The notes below the pieces were generated by a model. The model made no database searches, was not told where the DNA came from, and saw nothing but the letters and a program-made list of their open reading frames with translations. Positions 33,605-42,200 of a stretch of 42,200 nt of DNA are shown piece by piece. The first letter of the stretch is position 1; the number at the start of each line of letters is the position of its first letter. Source of the stretch: an uncultured Clostridia bacterium (lineage in GTDB: Bacteria > Bacillota > Clostridia > TANB77 > CAG-508); assembly GCA_944387455.1 (NCBI GenBank), contig CALXEY010000003.1, forward strand, positions 1 to 42,200, in the 5' to 3' direction. The position numbers and the translations under genes were made by a program.

Positions 33605-34390
33605 ATGGATATAAGTTTAAAAAATGGAGCAAGTGGTTTTACAATTTTAGGCATAATTGGTTTAGGGTGTTTAATACTAGCTTTTAAAATATTTGGATAT
33701 GTTTTAGCAATTGCAGAGGCATTATTTGGTATTTTAGTATTATTGTTTTATTTAAAATTGTTGTTTAATGCAATTAAAAGAAAGGATAAAAAATTTATAA
33801 TAATAAGTTTAATTATTATTGCTGTTGGTGTTTTTATAGGATATATGTATCCACTTGAAGTAGCAGATATAGCTTTAAAATTTCCATATTCTTCGGTTTT
33901 TTATAGTGGTCTATTTTTAGCAATAGCAGGGATGTTTTATGTAATAGATATACCTTTTTTTACAGGAGAAAAAGGTGGAGATTTAATGATATTAATAGTT
34001 TTATTTTTAGCAATATTTGGAATTGTTTACGTATTTTGTTTTATTACACAAATATCAGGAGGAATACATGATATGTATTCTGATATGAAATGGCTAGTGC
34101 AAAATAGCTATTTAGATGAAAGATATGCAGCTCAAACTAAAAAACCAGAAGAAGTATTAAATGAATTTGTTACAAATGCCAATGGTAATCAAGAAATTTT
34201 AAAAGATGATAATGCTTTGGAAGATTTTGCAGAACAATACTGTTATATTACAGAAATAAGAGAAGGAGATAAAGATGGAGAACTTATTTATTTAATAGAA
34301 AATAATGTTAACCCAGATAAAGATTATACAACTCAAAAATATATTCTTAATTTATCAACACTTACTCTAGAATATGATCCACAAATATAG
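33605..34390 (+). CDS. Multi-pass membrane protein
   Basis: About five hydrophobic segments and an acidic C-terminal domain. Confidence 0.7.
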   Translation: MDISLKNGASGFTILGIIGLGCLILAFKIFGYVLAIAEALFGILVLLFYLKLLFNAIKRKDKKFIIISLIIIAVGVFIGYMYPLEVADIALKFPYSSVFYSGLFLAIAGMFYVIDIPFFTGEKGGDLMILIVLFLAIFGIVYVFCFITQISGGIHDMYSDMKWLVQNSYLDERYAAQTKKPEEVLNEFVTNANGNQEILKDDNALEDFAEQYCYITEIREGDKDGELIYLIENNVNPDKDYTTQKYILNLSTLTLEYDPQI

Positions 34391-34411
34391 TTATGAAAGG
34401 GAAAGTTATAA

Positions 34412-35911
34412 TTGAAAATAAAAATATTTTTAACTTTATTTTTATTAATAACAGTATTATTTACTATAACAGGGTGTGAAAATAATGAAAAATCTGCACA
34501 AGAAGAAAGTATTTCAAATACAAGTTCAGAAGAAATAAAATTAAATAACGAACTAGAAGGAGTATATGCTTTTGTACAAAAGATCGAAGAAAATAATAAT
34601 TCAAAAATAGTAGCTTTAAAAAATGATGGAACTGAAATTGATATTACAAAGTCAGAACAAAATGAATATTTGGGACTAGATTACTATAGTGGAAAATTGT
34701 ATTTACAAAAAGACAAAAATTTTTATGAAATTGACTTAACTAAAGGAAATGAAAATTATGAGCTAGTTAAAATTTTTGGATATCCTATGGAGACAGCACG
34801 TACTTATGATAGATACAATTATTCTTATATATATGTATATGATGGAAAATTATATTTTTTAAAAGATTGGAAAGAATTAGTAGAATATGATTTAAAAACA
34901 AAGAAAGTTAATTTTATTGTTAAAGCTGATAATATAGAAAATTTAGAATTTAGGATGGATAAAGAAAATGGAATAATCTATTACATAGAAAGTACTCCAA
35001 AATTTTATTTAAAATCATATAATATCAAAACTAAAGAAACTAAACAAATTGACGAAGGAGTAAGTAGAAGTAATAAGTATTTGTCTAAAGGAACTAATTT
35101 ACCAATAAGCTTTGTTGGTGTAGGAGTAAATCAAGGAAAAATTTTATATAGCAAAGGGAATTTTGAAGATAATGGAGGTTCAGGATATAAAACTTATTTA
35201 TATGACATAATTTCTGGAGGAAAACTAGAATTAGAATATATAACTTCAGGTATTTATTCAGATGGAAAAGTATATTATGCATCAACAGTAGATGATGATA
35301 TGCCATATCCACCAACTTGTTTAAAGGTATATGAAAATACAAAAGTAACAGAAATTAGTGAAATGCAAGAAAATGATTATACAAAATTTTTTGACTTAGG
35401 AAATGGAAAAGTTCAAGCAGTTATGTATTGGGGACAAGATATATCAACAGAAGGAGAACAAGCATATACTATTGATAAAAAGACAAACGAAGTTTCAGAG
35501 GCAAGTTCTAATTATAATATTGTGCATTTAATTAAAGATTATGAAAATGTTTTTAAGGTTGATTATCAAGATAATTTAGAAAATAAGATAACTGTAGAAC
35601 AAGCAGAAGAGATTATAAAAAATAAATGGGGTATAGAACCAGATAATAATAATGAAACAATACCAGAGGTAAATAGTTATATCCTTCAAGGAGGAAAACT
35701 TGATTTAACAATTAGAGATGTTGATGGCTTAGAATATTATGTATTTTCTTATTCATCAAAAGTAGGAGAAACATCTGGAACATACCATAATACACATATC
35801 CAAACAATATTTATTTCAGTCGATGGTAAAAAGTACAAAATTAGAGCATTAGGAGACAATTTTGAAGATAAAGATATTGTTACACAATTTGATGAAGAAG
35901 GAGAAATTTAA
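34412..35911 (+). CDS. Lipoprotein, probable beta-propeller
   Basis: Lipobox ITGC; repeated (Y)DGKLYF/GIIYY/GKVYY blades. Confidence 0.72.
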   Translation: MKIKIFLTLFLLITVLFTITGCENNEKSAQEESISNTSSEEIKLNNELEGVYAFVQKIEENNNSKIVALKNDGTEIDITKSEQNEYLGLDYYSGKLYLQKDKNFYEIDLTKGNENYELVKIFGYPMETARTYDRYNYSYIYVYDGKLYFLKDWKELVEYDLKTKKVNFIVKADNIENLEFRMDKENGIIYYIESTPKFYLKSYNIKTKETKQIDEGVSRSNKYLSKGTNLPISFVGVGVNQGKILYSKGNFEDNGGSGYKTYLYDIISGGKLELEYITSGIYSDGKVYYASTVDDDMPYPPTCLKVYENTKVTEISEMQENDYTKFFDLGNGKVQAVMYWGQDISTEGEQAYTIDKKTNEVSEASSNYNIVHLIKDYENVFKVDYQDNLENKITVEQAEEIIKNKWGIEPDNNNETIPEVNSYILQGGKLDLTIRDVDGLEYYVFSYSSKVGETSGTYHNTHIQTIFISVDGKKYKIRALGDNFEDKDIVTQFDEEGEI

Positions 35912-35936
35912 AAAAGTAAATAGATGGGAGGAAAAA

Positions 35937-36435
35937 ATGACACAATCAAGTGGAAAAAATAGAAAGGTGAATAAAAAGATAATAAATATATCTTTAATAA
36001 TATTATTAATTGTAATAATGGTCTTAATTACTGGTTGTGAAAGTAATAAAAACGAAATAAAAACAGAAGAAAATACTCCTGTTACAGAAAATGTAACAAG
36101 TGAAGAAAAAGTAAAAGGAATAGAAGTAGAAGATAATTTATTAAAATATGGTACATATGAAGGAATTGATTTAGCTAAAGGTAGCAAAATTACTTTAAAT
36201 GAAGATGGAACATTTTTGTATGAAGATAACGAAACATCAGGTGAGGGAACTTATGAAGTAAAAAATCAAGAAATAGATGATATAGAGGGAAGTTATAATG
36301 CGTGGGTAATAGAATTTAATTCTTTAGAAAATGCATCAAATGGAAAAATTCCTGGAGATTTTTATTGGTTATTTACTGAAAACCGGAGACATTTCACAAG
36401 AAGAAGCTTCAATTAATTTCAATTATAAAGAATAA
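35937..36435 (+). CDS. Lipoprotein; probable +1 frameshift at CGG 36384-36386
   Basis: Lipobox ITGC; frame 0 ends RRHFTRRSFN* (36416), +1 frame gives GDISQEEASINFNYKE* (36435). Confidence 0.68.
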
Positions 36436-36532
36436 AAGAAACAAATATGTTAAGGAATAAGATGAATATTTAAATAAACAAATAGCATCAATAAATAAAA
36501 AGTTTGATTTATATTTGAAAGGGGGGATAAAA

Positions 36533-37015
36533 ATGCTAAAAGAAAAAACAAATTTAACAAAGTATTTAATATTAATAATTAGTCTAATAGTACTTTTATT
36601 AGTGTTAACTGGTTGCGGAGCTTCAAGCAAAATAGTCGATACTTTAAATAATGTAGTAAATGAAGAATTTGCAGAATGGCAAGAACAAGGATATGCAAGG
36701 TCTTTTACAATGTATTTAATTCAAGAAGAATTAAGTAAAGTAAAACCAGAATATGTAATTGTTGCATCAGGTGATACAGCTTTTACTACAGCACCAGGTA
36801 TTACTGAATATAAAGAAGGAGAAGTTCCTAACTATTCTAGTACAGGTTATAGTTATACAAGGATGATGGAAGGAGATAGTGCTGCAACAAATCTTGTTAT
36901 TTTAGATACATCTACAGGAAAATATTATAATGTAGAGATATCTTATCAAGAAGCGGAGCTAAGAGGTGTAATGAAAAATTATCCTGTATTTAGTAATGCA
37001 GAAGAAATAAAATAG
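36533..37015 (+). CDS. Lipoprotein, unknown function
   Basis: Lipobox LTGC. Confidence 0.75.
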   Translation: MLKEKTNLTKYLILIISLIVLLLVLTGCGASSKIVDTLNNVVNEEFAEWQEQGYARSFTMYLIQEELSKVKPEYVIVASGDTAFTTAPGITEYKEGEVPNYSSTGYSYTRMMEGDSAATNLVILDTSTGKYYNVEISYQEAELRGVMKNYPVFSNAEEIK

Positions 37016-37042
37016 AAAAAGAAAAGAAGGGGAAATAGAAAA

Positions 37043-37444
37043 ATGGAAGTAGAAGAAGTAGAAAAATACAGAAAAATGTATAAAGAAGGTTTATTAGCAG
37101 AAATAAAAGGGTTAATTATAGGTGGAGTTATAGGCTTAATTTTTGGAATTATGGGTGTAGCTTCTGGAGATTTATCAGTATTTATGTGTGTATTTTTAGT
37201 ATATGAATTTGCAGGGATAGGACTAGGTTGGAGAACTGTTACAAAAATAACAGATAAATTATTTGGAAATTTAACAATTATAGGAACATTATGGTTTTGG
37301 TTTATTGCTTTTATTATAAAACTTTGTATAGCAGCTTGCATAGGGTTATTCCAATTACCAATATTTATAATAAAAACAATAATAGATTATAAGAAAACTA
37401 TGAAAATGGCAGATGAAATTGTTAAAGATGCACAAGAAAGTTAA
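37043..37444 (+). CDS. Small membrane protein
   Basis: Three or four Gly-rich hydrophobic segments. Confidence 0.7.
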   Translation: MEVEEVEKYRKMYKEGLLAEIKGLIIGGVIGLIFGIMGVASGDLSVFMCVFLVYEFAGIGLGWRTVTKITDKLFGNLTIIGTLWFWFIAFIIKLCIAACIGLFQLPIFIIKTIIDYKKTMKMADEIVKDAQES

Positions 37445-37463
37445 TAAAAGGGATTGATTTATT

Positions 37464-38780
37464 ATGAGTAAAAGAGAAAAAATATTAAAAATATTATTGT
37501 TAATTATTTGTAGTGCTTTATTAATAATGCTTACAGGTTGTAAAGCAGAAAATAAAGAGGATACTAAACAAACAGAAACTTCTAGTCAAGAAGAACAAAA
37601 ACAAGAAGTACAAGCAATAGAAATTGATAGGACAGAAGATTTTGATGGAGATTTTGCAGTAGTGAAAAACACTGTAAACTTTGAAACAACAAATTATATT
37701 ATTGATAAAAATTTTAAAGTGTTATTTTCTTATAAAAATGCTGAACAATATAAAGATGGATATGTAATTATACCAGACGAAAACGAAGAAAATAAAATGT
37801 ATGTGAAAGATTGCAATGGAAATACAGTATTTTCTTACGATAATATAACAGATTATGAAGAAATAAAATTATTAAGCGATGGTTTAATGATTACAAAGAA
37901 ACAAACAGATACATATAATTCATCTTTAACTCAAACAGGTATATATGATTTAAAAGAACAAAAATATGTATTAGAACCAGATGAAAAATACAATGAAATG
38001 AGTACGGAAGAAGCAGGAGACGATATGATTGCACTAGATGGTTCTAGAAAAGTGTTCTTTAATATGACTGCTAGAAAGGTTGTAGAATACCAAGAAAGAG
38101 TACCTAGAGATTTTAAAGATGGTTATTCAGTAGATACTGATTTGAAAGATAATGAACATTATTTAAAAGTTTTTGATATGGAAGGAAATGTAAAATATAT
38201 TAAAAGTTTATATGATATGGTAGAAAACATAAAAGAATATGATAACAAAATGCTAATGGATGCACAACTTAGAATTGAGAGAGAAGATTATAGAGAAAAT
38301 ATAACAGGTACTGATGTTCAGTTATTTGACTTAGAAAAAGGAACTGTTAAAAGTTTGTCAGATAAATTTATTATGTTAAATAATGACCCAGTATTTACTA
38401 AAGAAGGTTATGCTTTAATAAAATTCTCAAATCAAGGTGATGAAACTTATTATACTGTTATAGATAAAGAAGGTAATCTTGTTTTTGAACCACAAAAACG
38501 TAATAATGAAGCAAGTTTTGGAGCAAAAACTAATGGAGTTCCAAGAATAATAAAATCAGAAAATTTATATGAAGGTAATTACTTTATTGTAGAAGAAGAT
38601 GGCGTATCAAAAGTTATTGATAAAGACAACAAAGAAGTATTAGTAGCAGGTGATGGAGAAACTTTTGAGGGTATTACTAATAATGCCGTTAAAGTTCATT
38701 GGGAAAAATCAGGTTATTATGACCAATATTATTATAAAGATATGTCAGGAAATAAGATTAACATTGAAATAACCCAATAA
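37464..38780 (+). CDS. Lipoprotein with WG-repeat-like motifs
   Basis: Lipobox LTGC; DFDGDFAVV, DFKDGYSV, FTKEGYALI, VIDKEGNLVF. Confidence 0.7.
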   Translation: MSKREKILKILLLIICSALLIMLTGCKAENKEDTKQTETSSQEEQKQEVQAIEIDRTEDFDGDFAVVKNTVNFETTNYIIDKNFKVLFSYKNAEQYKDGYVIIPDENEENKMYVKDCNGNTVFSYDNITDYEEIKLLSDGLMITKKQTDTYNSSLTQTGIYDLKEQKYVLEPDEKYNEMSTEEAGDDMIALDGSRKVFFNMTARKVVEYQERVPRDFKDGYSVDTDLKDNEHYLKVFDMEGNVKYIKSLYDMVENIKEYDNKMLMDAQLRIEREDYRENITGTDVQLFDLEKGTVKSLSDKFIMLNNDPVFTKEGYALIKFSNQGDETYYTVIDKEGNLVFEPQKRNNEASFGAKTNGVPRIIKSENLYEGNYFIVEEDGVSKVIDKDNKEVLVAGDGETFEGITNNAVKVHWEKSGYYDQYYYKDMSGNKINIEITQ

Positions 38781-38885
38781 CCTTAATAAATAAAAATTTT
38801 AATTTTATATTTTAAAGGGGGGATGAGAAAATACTAGGAGGTATTAATCAAGTCAAAAAATATTAAATAAAAGGAGAGAAAAACG

Positions 38886-40664
38886 ATGAAAAAAATTTCA
38901 ATTAAAATTTTAGCTACAATATTAGTAGCAATTCTTATGCTTGCTAATTTTGGATTTTTATCAACGGTATTAGCAGCAAATTATCCATATAGTGGAAGTA
39001 CATACGAATGGGAAAATCCATTTTACCCAGATTTTCAATATCAATGTACATGGTATGCATGGGGAAGATTTGCAGAGGTAACAGGATGTAAATTACCTAA
39101 TTTAGGAAATGCATATCAATGGTATGATAATGCACCAGCAGAAAACAAATCACAAACATTACAAGAACATAGTATAATTGTAATAGATAGAAATGGTTAT
39201 TCACCATATTTTGGTCATGTTGTGTATATAGAAGCAATTACAGATGGAGTTGTTTATGTATCTGAAGGAAATTATGATGGATATGGAAATGCAAATGGAT
39301 TTCATGAAGGAACTAAAACAATAGAAAGTTGTACAGTGGGAAATAATTACTATGGAGGAGATGGAAGAGTATTAGGATACATTGTTGCACCTGCTCCACA
39401 ACCACCTGCAGACACAGAAGCCCCTGTAATTAATAATGTTACAGTAAGTGAAAAAAATAGTGAAGGGCTAACAATAACAGCAGATGTATCAGATAATGTT
39501 GGAGTAACAAAAGTATCTTTCTATGTTACAATAAATGGTCAAGAAAAAGTATTTAATGCACCATCAATAAGTGATGGAAAAGCATCTGTAAGAATTAATT
39601 ATGCAGATTATGGTTTAACAGAAGGAACAAGCACAGCAACAGCAAATATATGGGCATATGATGATGCAGGACTTACATCAAATACAGGAAATATTGGAAC
39701 AGTAAATATAGATTTAGATGCTCCAGTAATTAGCAACGTAAAAGTAACAAATGTAACAGGAACAAGTTATACATTAACATTTGAAGTAGACGACAATGTA
39801 GGAGTAACAAAAGTACAATGTCCTACTTGGAACGAAGACAACGACAGAGATGAAATGGAAGGTATAGACTGGGGAACAGATCCAGCATATACAGCAATAG
39901 AAAAAGCAGGAGTATATACATATACAGTAAACATTAATAATGATACATTTAAAAATGAAGGTGGAGAATATAGAACACAAATAACAGCATATGATGAATA
40001 TGGAAATGTAACAAAAGAAGATATAAATGTTGATGTTTACCCAGTAACAGATGTTACATTAAACGAAACAGAAAAAACAATATATAAAGGACAAGAATTA
40101 GTATTAGAAGCAACATATGAACCAATATATACAACAGGAGATACAGAAATTGTTTGGACAAGCAGTGATGAAGAAGTTGCAACAGTAGAAGATGGAGTAG
40201 TAACAGCATTAAAAGAAGGAACAACAACAATAACAGCAGAAGTAGATGGAGTAAAAGCAACTTGTGAAATAACTGTAGAAGAAATACCATTAGAAGGTAT
40301 AGCAATAGAAGAACAAAATGTTAGCTTAAATATAGGAGAAGAAAAAGATTTACACGTATTATTTAATCCAGAAAACACAACAGATGATAAAACTGTAGTA
40401 TGGACAAGTAGTGATGAAAGTGTTATAACTATATCAGAAGATGGAAAAGTAAAAGCATTAAAAGCTGGAAAAGCAACAATAACAGCAACAGTTGGAGATA
40501 AAACAGCAACAACAGAAATAACAGTAAATGAAGAAGTAACAGAAACAGAAGAATCAAACTCAGTATTACCTAAAACAGGAGATATGCAAGTAGTAGCATT
40601 AGCAATAGGTATGTTAGTTTCTATACTTGGAATAGCGTTTATAATTAAGAAAAACAGAAAATAG
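38886..40664 (+). CDS. Sortase-anchored CHAP-domain peptidoglycan hydrolase with Ig-like (Big_2) domains
   Basis: Signal peptide; QCTWYAWGR, GNAYQW, GHVVYIE, VSEGN; two WTSSDE Big_2 repeats; LPKTG-TM-KKNRK. Confidence 0.88.
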   Translation: MKKISIKILATILVAILMLANFGFLSTVLAANYPYSGSTYEWENPFYPDFQYQCTWYAWGRFAEVTGCKLPNLGNAYQWYDNAPAENKSQTLQEHSIIVIDRNGYSPYFGHVVYIEAITDGVVYVSEGNYDGYGNANGFHEGTKTIESCTVGNNYYGGDGRVLGYIVAPAPQPPADTEAPVINNVTVSEKNSEGLTITADVSDNVGVTKVSFYVTINGQEKVFNAPSISDGKASVRINYADYGLTEGTSTATANIWAYDDAGLTSNTGNIGTVNIDLDAPVISNVKVTNVTGTSYTLTFEVDDNVGVTKVQCPTWNEDNDRDEMEGIDWGTDPAYTAIEKAGVYTYTVNINNDTFKNEGGEYRTQITAYDEYGNVTKEDINVDVYPVTDVTLNETEKTIYKGQELVLEATYEPIYTTGDTEIVWTSSDEEVATVEDGVVTALKEGTTTITAEVDGVKATCEITVEEIPLEGIAIEEQNVSLNIGEEKDLHVLFNPENTTDDKTVVWTSSDESVITISEDGKVKALKAGKATITATVGDKTATTEITVNEEVTETEESNSVLPKTGDMQVVALAIGMLVSILGIAFIIKKNRK

Positions 40665-40716
40665 AAAGGAAAGAGAATAGGAGCTTTTTAAAAGCTCCGT
40701 TCTTATAAATATAATT

Positions 40717-41439
40717 ATGTCAAAAGGAAAACATTTTAAAGAAAAAAAGAAAATGGGAATAATTAGTATTTTTTTCTTAATTTTATTTATTGGAATATTT
40801 TTATATACATCAAGCAATTTGGTTGTTTGGTATAAAAGTAATAAAGAACTAGAAAAAAATGAAAAAGACATTTTTAATAAAGTAGTAACAACATCAGAAG
40901 AAAACCCAGAAAAAATAGAAATAGACTTTAAAAAATTACAAGAAATAAATTCTGACGTAAAGGGTTGGATAACAATTGAAAATACTAATATTAATTATCC
41001 TATATTACAAACAAATAATAATGAATATTATTTAAAACATGATATTAATAAAAAATATAGTTCTTGTGGAAGTATATTTTTAGATTGTGATTCAGATGCA
41101 AGTTTTACTAAAAAGAATACAGTAATATATGGACATAATCTCTTAAATGGAAAAATGTTTGCAGAACTTACAAATATTTTAGATGGAAAATTAGGTAATA
41201 AAATAAATATAAAAATATATCTTCCAGAGGAAGAAAAAGAATATGAGGTATTTTCAGTATATATGGGAGAACCAAGCTTAGAAATGAAACAAAATAGTTC
41301 ATATGAAGATATTTTAGATAAAAGTAATTTAAAATTTGAATACAAAGAAGAAAATAAAGAAAATAATATAATAACTTTAATTACTTGTAATAGTAATAGT
41401 GAAAAAAGAATAGTTGTAACTGCTTTGGAAAATAATTAA
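40717..41439 (+). CDS. srtB: Class B sortase
   Basis: INSDVKGWI, INYPILQ, GSIFLD, IYGHN, TLITC...R. Confidence 0.9.
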   Translation: MSKGKHFKEKKKMGIISIFFLILFIGIFLYTSSNLVVWYKSNKELEKNEKDIFNKVVTTSEENPEKIEIDFKKLQEINSDVKGWITIENTNINYPILQTNNNEYYLKHDINKKYSSCGSIFLDCDSDASFTKKNTVIYGHNLLNGKMFAELTNILDGKLGNKINIKIYLPEEEKEYEVFSVYMGEPSLEMKQNSSYEDILDKSNLKFEYKEENKENNIITLITCNSNSEKRIVVTALENN

Positions 41440-41591
41440 ATTATCAGAATACTAATAAAATTATAAATTATCCTAAAAATCATAAAGAAATATTGACAAG
41501 AAATAAATAAATGCTAAATATAATTGTAAAAGAAATTTTACAAAAAATATTGATTAGAATAAAATAAAAAAATAATCAATAAAATAAAATT

Positions 41592-41670
41592 AGAGTAAGG
41601 TTGTTACCTCACTCTTGTGATTTAGATTGAAGTTTTTCTTTGGTTGAGTGAACTTCAATCTCTTTTTTTT
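41592..41670 (+). terminator. Hairpin plus intrinsic terminator in an intergenic region (possible switch or sRNA 3' end)
   Basis: AGAGTAAGGT/ACCTCACTCT, then AGATTGAAGTT/AACTTCAATCT with T8. Confidence 0.55.
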
Positions 41671-41894
41671 ATCTTGGAAACGTATATATGTAGTATAGCC
41701 TAAAGCTAATAAAAACAAATTAATTAATTATGATTTAAAAGAAAATTTAATTTTTAAAATGTAATGTAATATTAATTTTATTTTTTTGAGATTTTTATAT
41801 ACTTTTTTTCTTTTTTTCATGTTATAATTGGGCATAGAGAAAGAAATGTGAAATAGAATATAAAGTACATCAAATTAGAAGGGAAAAATAATTA

Positions 41895-42083
41895 ATGGAT
41901 ATAAAACTAAAAATAATAATTAATAATTGTCCACAAAATCATAAATGCCCAGCTGTAAATGTTTGTCCAGTAGGAGCATTAAGCCAAAATGGTTTTGATG
42001 CACCAAAAATAGATTATAGTAAGTGTATAAGATGTGGAAAATGTTCAAACTTCTGTCCTAAAAATGCATTAGTATTAGAATAA
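41895..42083 (+). CDS. Small 4Fe-4S ferredoxin-type protein
   Basis: CPQNHKCPAVNVCP and CIRCGKCSNFCP. Confidence 0.88.
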   Translation: MDIKLKIIINNCPQNHKCPAVNVCPVGALSQNGFDAPKIDYSKCIRCGKCSNFCPKNALVLE

Positions 42084-42115
42084 AAAATAATTAAAAGAAA
42101 AAAGGAGAAATTAAA

Positions 42116-42200
42116 ATGGCTATAATAATAGATGGAAAAGCTTTAGCAAAAAAGATAAGAGAAAATTTAAAAATAGAGTGTGATGAATTAAAAGAAAAAG
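42116..42200 (+). CDS. folD: Methylenetetrahydrofolate dehydrogenase/cyclohydrolase, 5' end (truncated by window)
   Basis: MAIIIDGKALAKKIRENLKIECDELKEK follows AAGGAG. Confidence 0.8.
   Translation, partial: MAIIIDGKALAKKIRENLKIECDELKEK

Overview
AT-rich chromosomal window from a spore-forming Clostridia-like bacterium (spoVT, class 3 fbp, pilin-like surface proteins; an uncultured gut lineage such as TANB77/CAG-508 is a guess). It runs from the end of the spc/alpha ribosomal operons (rpsE to rplQ, no rpmD) through housekeeping genes (recD2, comF, fbp, spoVT, engB, serS, ldh, alaS, ligA, lgt, lspA, folD). Accessory loci are interspersed: a PBECR4-like nuclease with a structured repeat leader, two XRE/pilin-like cassettes, a RAYT-like HUH transposase with GGGAC repeats, and a lipoprotein/CHAP/sortase cluster. 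Main observation: seven genes, including alaS, fbp, recD2 and spoVT, are broken in the same way. Each reaches an in-frame CGG codon, and the protein resumes in the +1 frame at a Gly codon (C-GGA or C-GGT). In six cases this restores a conserved motif or matches a paralogue; the seventh is weaker. A manual scan found no in-frame CGG in any uninterrupted gene and no frameshift of any other kind. This suggests that CGGN is decoded as a 4-nt glycine unit or as an obligatory +1 frameshift signal, i.e. a variant genetic code. A systematic sequencing artefact has to be excluded with reads.
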